Shown: in pieces, positions 8,030-13,525 of the stretch
Layout of the letters: every line of letters starts with the position of its first letter
Position numbering within the stretch: position 1 is the first letter of the stretch
Source: Promethearchaeota archaeon Loki_b31
Lineage (GTDB): Archaea > Asgardarchaeota > Lokiarchaeia > Sigyniarchaeales > SOKP01
DNA: 13,525 nucleotides
Direction: 5' to 3'
Assembly (NCBI GenBank): GCA_005222975.1
Contig: NJBI01000076.1
Span: 1 to 13,525, forward strand
Notes under the pieces: model-generated
Databases searched by the model: none
What the model was told of the DNA's origin: nothing
Seen by the model: the letters and a program-made list of their open reading frames with translations, nothing else
Position numbers and translations under genes: made by a program

Positions 8030-9037
8030 TTATCTAAAAGATTCTTCTAATCCTTTTATTAAATAAGTGAGCATTTCATTTATCGGGACTTTTATACCTA
8101 CTTCTCTTGCTAAACTTACAATTCTACCATTAAGAAAGTCTATTTCTGTAAGATTTCCTTTTAATATGTCTTGTAGCATTGAATTTTTGTTATTAAATGT
8201 TTTTTCGGCAACAGAATACATTAACCTAACATAATCCCTATCTGAAAGTTCGATGCATTTTAGCTTAGCTACTTCTAGCGCCTCTTTAACCGCAGCACTC
8301 ATTAATTGTTTCAAATTTTCATTCTCTAAAAGTTTTCCATTATTTAAACGAGTTAACGCCCCTAACGCGTTAATTCCAATGTTTACAAATGCTTTTTCCC
8401 AAGTATGCTTAATAATATCGTCAACAATTTCAGTTTCTAAACCTCCCGCGTCTAAACGATTTTTTAACATGTTTAATTTTATATAACCGCTCTCATAACG
8501 ACTATGATTTTGTTTTTGGGGTTTTAAATAAACAAACCCCATTTTTGTAAATCCTACGCCTGTATGATACACGCGACCATCTTCTTTCAGTAATGCACCA
8601 TGTGAAGTAATTATTCTTATTATTTTATTTTCATCGCAATATTTCTTCACTAATTCCTCGTTACCGATACCATTCTGTAGAATTATTAACCAATTACTCG
8701 AATTAATCAATTTTTTATATTGAATCATCGCTCTCTCGCTATCGTATGTTTTAGTCGTTAAAAACAAATAGTCTAATTTGTATTTCTTGTCATTTATTGA
8801 TATTTTAGTAAAATCTTCAGCATTCTCGAAAGCTTTAATATTAGTTAGCGTTATATTACCTTTATCGTTGTATATCTTTATTCCATACTTATTTAATACC
8901 TTAGCATGACCCCTTCTACAAAAAAAAATAATCTCTAATGGATTAGCATCAGTATGAACAGAAGCAAGACATCCTCCGAACAAACTACCAATAGATCCTG
9001 AACCAATGAAACCAATTCTTAATAAGTTGTGATTCAA
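8030..9037 (-). CDS. panE: 2-dehydropantoate 2-reductase (ketopantoate reductase)
   Basis: GSGSIG Rossmann motif, LQNGIG, WEKAFVNIGINAL and SMLQDILKGNLTEIDFLNG; TTG start. Confidence 0.92.
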   Translation of the reverse strand: MNHNLLRIGFIGSGSIGSLFGGCLASVHTDANPLEIIFFCRRGHAKVLNKYGIKIYNDKGNITLTNIKAFENAEDFTKISINDKKYKLDYLFLTTKTYDSERAMIQYKKLINSSNWLIILQNGIGNEELVKKYCDENKIIRIITSHGALLKEDGRVYHTGVGFTKMGFVYLKPQKQNHSRYESGYIKLNMLKNRLDAGGLETEIVDDIIKHTWEKAFVNIGINALGALTRLNNGKLLENENLKQLMSAAVKEALEVAKLKCIELSDRDYVRLMYSVAEKTFNNKNSMLQDILKGNLTEIDFLNGRIVSLAREVGIKVPINEMLTYLIKGLEESFR

Positions 9038-9100
9038 TTCTTAACCAACCTCTTTTAGCAACAGAATCTATTATGCTTACTCACAAGTTAAATTTGTGTT

Positions 9101-9970
9101 TTAATTTAAAAATTTATCTAAACCTGTTTGTCCTCTTGAATAAGCACCAGATTTTTTCTTTATATCTAATATTCTAACTTGTTTAGGTTCTTTTCTGGGA
9201 TTTAGATTTAATTCTCGCATCATCATTAAAGAATTTTTAGTAGCATATCCCGAAAAATGATTGTTAAAATAAATCCCCACTCTATCAACTTTTTGAACTA
9301 CATCTCTTATTGAAATTGCCCATTTTTTAATCTCCTCTTCTTTGAAAAAATAATTAAACCAAATTTTTTGACCATAACCATGAAACCTAATATACGCAAA
9401 TTTTGGATTTGTAACATCCATTCTAGGAGGCAATAATGGCTCAATAACGGCACAATATGTAAGCGAATTTCTTTTTAAATACTTAAAAACATCGTCATCC
9501 ATCCAAGATTCGTGCCTAAATTCTATAATCAAATTATAACCTTCTTGTTCTGGATTTCCCGGCCAATTTTTAATAAAATCTTTTAAATTATCGTAATGCT
9601 CCTCTTTATTAAAGGAAGGAGGTAATTGTATTAAAAACCCTAATAACTTTTTGGATTCTATTAAAGGACTCATCGCTTCTAAAAAATAATTCAAATCATT
9701 TAAACATAAACTAATATCTAACTTATGTTCGTGAGTAATCTTTCTGTGAAGTTTCGCCGTAAACAAGAAATTTGAGGGTGTCTTGTCTCTCCAGCGGGTT
9801 ACGACAAATTTCGAAGGAATGTTGTAAAAAGTAGTATTTATTTCGTTTGTGTAAAATATTTCCGAATAATATGAAAGATAATCCTCCTTTTTCAAACTCT
9901 TAGGATAAAATGGCCCTACCCACTCATCATACCCCCATCCCGAAGTTCCTATCAAAATCTTCTTTTCCAT
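9101..9970 (-). CDS. DUF72 (YecE/UPF0759) family protein
   Basis: IGTSGWGYDEWVGPFYP, EINTTFY, QLPPSF, EFRHESW, YIRFHG and YFNN. Confidence 0.92.
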   Translation of the reverse strand: MEKKILIGTSGWGYDEWVGPFYPKSLKKEDYLSYYSEIFYTNEINTTFYNIPSKFVVTRWRDKTPSNFLFTAKLHRKITHEHKLDISLCLNDLNYFLEAMSPLIESKKLLGFLIQLPPSFNKEEHYDNLKDFIKNWPGNPEQEGYNLIIEFRHESWMDDDVFKYLKRNSLTYCAVIEPLLPPRMDVTNPKFAYIRFHGYGQKIWFNYFFKEEEIKKWAISIRDVVQKVDRVGIYFNNHFSGYATKNSLMMMRELNLNPRKEPKQVRILDIKKKSGAYSRGQTGLDKFLN

Positions 9971-9992
9971 TATTAATAAAACAAAAAAATTG

Positions 9993-10014
9993 GTAAGTAC
10001 TAAGTTTTTTGATC
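9993..10014 (+). repeat. IS terminal inverted repeat (downstream of transposase)
   Basis: GTAAGTACTAAGTTTTTTGATC, exact reverse complement of 11998..12019. Confidence 0.95.
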
Positions 10015-10120
10015 ATTCTATCTGTTAAAAATGTTCTGATTTCATAGAAAATCTTCATCGTATTTGCCTAAATTTTGAGATAAGAATCGAACAACTCTAT
10101 AAAATTAGAGAAAATTGTCC

Positions 10121-11941
10121 TTAGCAGGACAAAAATGAACTTAAATCGATCTCTTGACCGGAAAAGATCAAATCGAGCAATTTATCGAAATCTTTTCCGT
10201 TTACCTTACATGTCATGTACAACGACAGGTAAACGAGGTAGTGCCGCATGACCTCGGGACTCTTGAACCCGCCCGAACGCTTCCGCTGGACGACGAAAGG
10301 GCGGAGTTCTCGTTCCGCCTCGTTGTTATCGGGGGGCACGCCCTCATATTTCAGGTAAGTAAATAACTTTTTTTCGTATTTTTCACATCGCTTCAAGAGC
10401 TTTTCTAAGTCCGCCTCAATCACGCCTTCTTCCCGCAGCTTAAGGACGAGCTCTCTCAATTTCTCCTCAGCTTCTTCCTTTGTTAACCTCTTGGACTTGT
10501 CCGTCTTCCAGCCAAGAACCGTGTGCCTGAAGGTAGCCCTAAAAAACGACCTCAGCCGTACTATTTGGTTTAAGCTCTTGAAGTTTTGAACCCGTCGCGT
10601 TTGTAGCGTCTCAACCTGAGATTCGGTTAATGGTTCGAGTTTTTTAGGGCGACCGCGCTTTTTTGGAGCAGCTTCGGAATCCTCTTCTTTTTTCACCGAT
10701 TCTTCGTGTTTTTCTAACTTTTTTTCGATACGCTCGTTTTCCTTTTCTAATTTAACGATGAGTTCGATGATATCGCTGAGCAAGTGTCCCAAGCACTTTT
10801 GTTGCTCCACATCTTCAAACTTATCGTAAGCAGTAAAAAAGTCCGAAATCAACGTGCCTTCAAACCCTTCCAAGATATCCTTCACGCTCTCATGCCCCCG
10901 CGAGGTGCTCTGGATGAATAACACGAAATTGGCGCAGCACACCACCCACAGCCACCAATTTTCCCCGTTCATCGGAAGTCCAGTCTCGTCCACGTGAAGC
11001 AGCGCCGATTTTTTCACCAGCTCTTCTAATTGTTCGTACAACCCTTCAATAACGTCGGAAAAGTCCTTGAACCACTCGATGATGGTGGGTGCCGTAATGG
11101 AAAAATTGGACCCAAAATGGGTGGAAAGCTCGTCAATGATTACTTCGTAAGGGAGCCCCGTGCGAATCCGCCGACTCATCACGAAGCTCACAAGCGAAAG
11201 CCCGATACGGTTATTTTTTAGCAAACCTTGTTCGGGATACACCCATTTCTTACACTTCGGACACTTTTTCCGCTTGACGATTAATTTCACGTTTTTTAAC
11301 CGCAAGGTGAGGTAATCCTTCTCGTCCTCCTGATACCTGAATAATTCGGTCACCACGCGGTCATAGGCGAAATATTCCTTCACGCCCTCCAGACTGATGC
11401 CGCAACGATAACATTTATGGATGTGAAGTTCTTTCTCTTCGTGAATCTTTTCGGGGCGCTTTCGCCCGCCACCAGGGCTTCCTTTCGGTTTTCCCATCTG
11501 GTGAGATTTTGGCCCTTCACGGGAGTGCGGCAGCCATGAAGAGCCTTTTCCCACGATCTCCTCCGCTTCCTCAGCAATCGTTTTTTTTCGGAGCGTTTTC
11601 ATCTTGCGTCGATACCTAGCAAGGTTTTTCTTTTTTACATCCGTTGACTTGAATTTCTTGAGATATTTCGCTTCAAGGATATCTTTCTCCTTTTTCAGTT
11701 GTTCTATCTCATTTTTAAAGGCATAGTCTTTTTCTTGGAGTTCCGAGTCTTTTTCTTGGAGTTCCGAGTCTTTTTCTTGGAGTTCCGAGTCTTTTTCTTG
11801 GAGTTCCGAGTCTTTAGCTTTTAATTGAGCCTCTTGACTCTTAATAACGCGCTTGTACTTTTTCTTTTTTTGTCGGAACATACAATGCCAGAGAACGGGT
11901 ATTCCGCCGACGAGAATTGAGAATAAGCGCCATAGACCCAT
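10121..11941 (-). CDS. IS66 family DDE transposase (TnpC-like)
   Basis: N-terminal coiled coil, CYRC..CPKC zinc finger, LHVDETG, LISDFFTAY, QKCLGHL and PPDNNEAERELR..RKRSGG. Frame intact; the start may be the ATG at 11881. Confidence 0.95.
   Translation of the reverse strand: MGLWRLFSILVGGIPVLWHCMFRQKKKKYKRVIKSQEAQLKAKDSELQEKDSELQEKDSELQEKDSELQEKDYAFKNEIEQLKKEKDILEAKYLKKFKSTDVKKKNLARYRRKMKTLRKKTIAEEAEEIVGKGSSWLPHSREGPKSHQMGKPKGSPGGGRKRPEKIHEEKELHIHKCYRCGISLEGVKEYFAYDRVVTELFRYQEDEKDYLTLRLKNVKLIVKRKKCPKCKKWVYPEQGLLKNNRIGLSLVSFVMSRRIRTGLPYEVIIDELSTHFGSNFSITAPTIIEWFKDFSDVIEGLYEQLEELVKKSALLHVDETGLPMNGENWWLWVVCCANFVLFIQSTSRGHESVKDILEGFEGTLISDFFTAYDKFEDVEQQKCLGHLLSDIIELIVKLEKENERIEKKLEKHEESVKKEEDSEAAPKKRGRPKKLEPLTESQVETLQTRRVQNFKSLNQIVRLRSFFRATFRHTVLGWKTDKSKRLTKEEAEEKLRELVLKLREEGVIEADLEKLLKRCEKYEKKLFTYLKYEGVPPDNNEAERELRPFVVQRKRSGGFKSPEVMRHYLVYLSLYMTCKVNGKDFDKLLDLIFSGQEIDLSSFLSC
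11725..11815. repeat. Perfect 21-bp tandem repeat, 4 copies plus 7 bp, encoding (KDSELQE)n
   Basis: Unit AGTCTTTTTCTTGGAGTTCCG starts at 11725, 11746, 11767 and 11788; partial AGTCTTT at 11809. Confidence 0.97.
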
Positions 11942-11997
11942 ACTATAACGAAGACACTAGAAGATATAAATGTTATGGTTAGAAAAAGATAATTAAG

Positions 11998-12019
11998 GAT
12001 CAAAAAACTTAGTACTTAC
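11998..12019 (-). repeat. IS terminal inverted repeat (upstream of transposase)
   Basis: GATCAAAAAACTTAGTACTTAC on the plus strand. Confidence 0.95.
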
Positions 12020-12032
12020 AAATTTTTTAATC

Positions 12033-13175
12033 TTATAACATTGTTTTATAAATTGAATAAACTTTTTCTGTTATTTTTTCCCAGGAATATTCTTCTTCTA
12101 TTAATTTTTGTCCATTTCTACCATACTCTTTGAGTTTATTTTCATCAGAAATTAAATTAAGTATAGATCTAACAATTGTTTTATAATTATTAATATCAAA
12201 TAAAATTCCATTAATATTAGGAGATATAACATTAGAAATGCCTCCCACATTAGACGAAATGACTGGAGTTTCGCAAGCAAAACTTTCATAAATAATATTT
12301 GGGACACCTTCAGTACGAGAAGTGATCAATATTAACTTACTCATGTTATAGACTTCTTGGATTTTTTCATATGGATAACTAGGATAATATGTAATTGGAA
12401 GCTTTTTTTGTGCTTCTAAAACAAGATTTCTTAATGAACCACTACCTATAATCAGGAATTTTAAATTTTTATTATTCTTATAAAGATCTTTAATTATTTT
12501 AATAAAGATATCTACACCTTTAACATAAGACAATCTAGTTGCCATTAGTGTGATATACTTTCTTTCTATATTTTTAATTCTCTTAAATTTAGAAATATCA
12601 ACTGCGTTTGGAATATAATAACAATTCTCTTTATTCACTTGGTATTTTTGAACTATTGTAAATAAATCTGGTTTGGATACTGAAATAAGTTTATCTGAGG
12701 ATTCGATATGAAATCTTCCTACTACTCGATCGAATATTTTTTGTTTTATTAATAATTGTAAATTTTCGCTCATATTTGATACAGGATTATACGGTGTTTG
12801 AATTCCTCCGTGTATATGTAATATAAATGGAAAAGTGCATATTTTCCTTAATAAAGCACATTGCGTCGTCGTTGAAAAATAATATCCATGAGCATGGATT
12901 ATATCATAGTCTTTATAATTATTTTTTAAAAAGTTAAAAATATTTGCAACGGGATATAAAAAATGTTTTTTAGGAAAAATTATTTTTTTTTTATAAATTA
13001 TTTTAATTGATTCACTTAAATATTCTACTTTTTTTTGTTTATTTAATAAATCGGGAGCTAAAATGTCACATTTAATACCTTTTCTCTTAGCGAGGTTAAG
13101 AGAAAGATTCTTACAATAAAGGGGTAAACCCCCTATATAATCAGGTGGAAGTGGTACAATCCGTAAAATTCTCAT
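12033..13175 (-). CDS. Glycosyltransferase family 4 (GT-B fold)
   Basis: N-terminal GG, DIIHAH, IPNAVD, RLSYVKG, EGVPNIIYE (EX7E), PVISSNVGG and YSW. Confidence 0.92.
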   Translation of the reverse strand: MRILRIVPLPPDYIGGLPLYCKNLSLNLAKRKGIKCDILAPDLLNKQKKVEYLSESIKIIYKKKIIFPKKHFLYPVANIFNFLKNNYKDYDIIHAHGYYFSTTTQCALLRKICTFPFILHIHGGIQTPYNPVSNMSENLQLLIKQKIFDRVVGRFHIESSDKLISVSKPDLFTIVQKYQVNKENCYYIPNAVDISKFKRIKNIERKYITLMATRLSYVKGVDIFIKIIKDLYKNNKNLKFLIIGSGSLRNLVLEAQKKLPITYYPSYPYEKIQEVYNMSKLILITSRTEGVPNIIYESFACETPVISSNVGGISNVISPNINGILFDINNYKTIVRSILNLISDENKLKEYGRNGQKLIEEEYSWEKITEKVYSIYKTML

Positions 13176-13281
13176 TTTTTATATGCTTGTATTTGTTTTA
13201 TATTTATTTTCTTAAAAAAAAATTATTACATGTCGTAATATATTAAATTTATTAAAAAAATGAAATATCATAATTATAATA

Positions 13282-13525
13282 TTAATTTAATCTATTATAC
13301 CATTCATAAGTTTTTCTGAGGCCTTCATCAAACGATACTTCTGAAACATAATTCTTTAATTCCTTTATAAGGGATAAATTTGGTTTTCGCTTTTCTACTG
13401 ACCCTTTTGGAGCGCCTTTTTCTATGAATTCAACAGAGACACCCATAATATTGCACAACATTTTAGCTAATGAAGAAATCTTGATATAATTATCTCCTCC
13501 TACATTTACTATTTTATTATTTGCG
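13282..13525 (-). CDS. 3' end of an NAD-dependent epimerase/dehydratase (extended SDR), partial
   Basis: Not in the ORF track. Translates as ANNKIVNVGGDNYIKISSLAKMLCNIMG...GSVEKRKPNLSLIKELKNYVSEVSFDEGLRKTYEWYNRLN*, a typical nucleotide-sugar epimerase C-terminus, and lies next to a GT4 gene. Confidence 0.85.
   Translation of the reverse strand, partial: ANNKIVNVGGDNYIKISSLAKMLCNIMGVSVEFIEKGAPKGSVEKRKPNLSLIKELKNYVSEVSFDEGLRKTYEWYNRLN

Larger units (their letters stand above)
9993..12019 (-). mobile_element. Complete IS66-family insertion sequence, 2027 bp, single ORF (ISBst12-like organisation)
   Basis: Perfect 22-bp TIRs starting GTAA (IS66-typical), one TnpC-type transposase, no recognisable tnpA/tnpB, and visibly higher GC than the flanks. 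Confidence 0.92.

Noticed and set aside
7067-8486. ORFs 7067..7378 (-) and 8253..8486 (+)
   Set aside because: Antisense shadows of pps and panE.
10154-11577. Small ORFs 10154..10366, 11030..11221 and 11380..11577 as IS66 tnpA/tnpB or cargo
   Set aside because: All lie inside the transposase on another frame or strand, with no recognisable motifs; expected in GC-richer DNA.
11725-11815. 21-bp repeats as a CRISPR array
   Set aside because: Head-to-tail with no spacers, in frame within a CDS, and no cas genes.
11858-11875. A-rich slippery site fusing the 60-aa ORF to the transposase by -1 frameshift
   Set aside because: The A_AAA_AAG heptamer is phased to the transposase frame rather than the upstream ORF, and the transposase already has in-frame ATGs.

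Overview
AT-rich archaeal chromosomal window; gene content and composition suggest Asgard/Lokiarchaeia (inference). Left to right: 5' part of a probable RPA-type OB-fold gene (-); an initiator tRNA-Met (-) with a 31-nt intron in the T-loop (59/60) and a complete bulge-helix-bulge motif; a two-domain hypothetical protein whose N-terminus resembles Whirly/PC4 ssDNA-binding folds; a site-2 (M50) protease; TtuA/Ncs6 tRNA 2-thiolase; a GET3/ArsA-family ATPase directly downstream of aRF1; phosphopantothenate synthetase; Ard1-type N-acetyltransferase; ketopantoate reductase; a DUF72 protein ending in a PIP-box-like motif; a complete 2027-bp single-ORF IS66-family element; a GT4 glycosyltransferase; and the 3' end of an NAD-dependent epimerase/dehydratase. 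The IS has 22-bp perfect TIRs, no target duplication, a perfect 21-nt repeat array and an AT-hook inside the transposase. All calls come from reading motifs by eye; no searches were run. I cannot demonstrate a new multi-gene system. The best leads are the tRNA intron, the Whirly/PC4-like protein, the PIP-tailed DUF72 and the AT-hook IS66.
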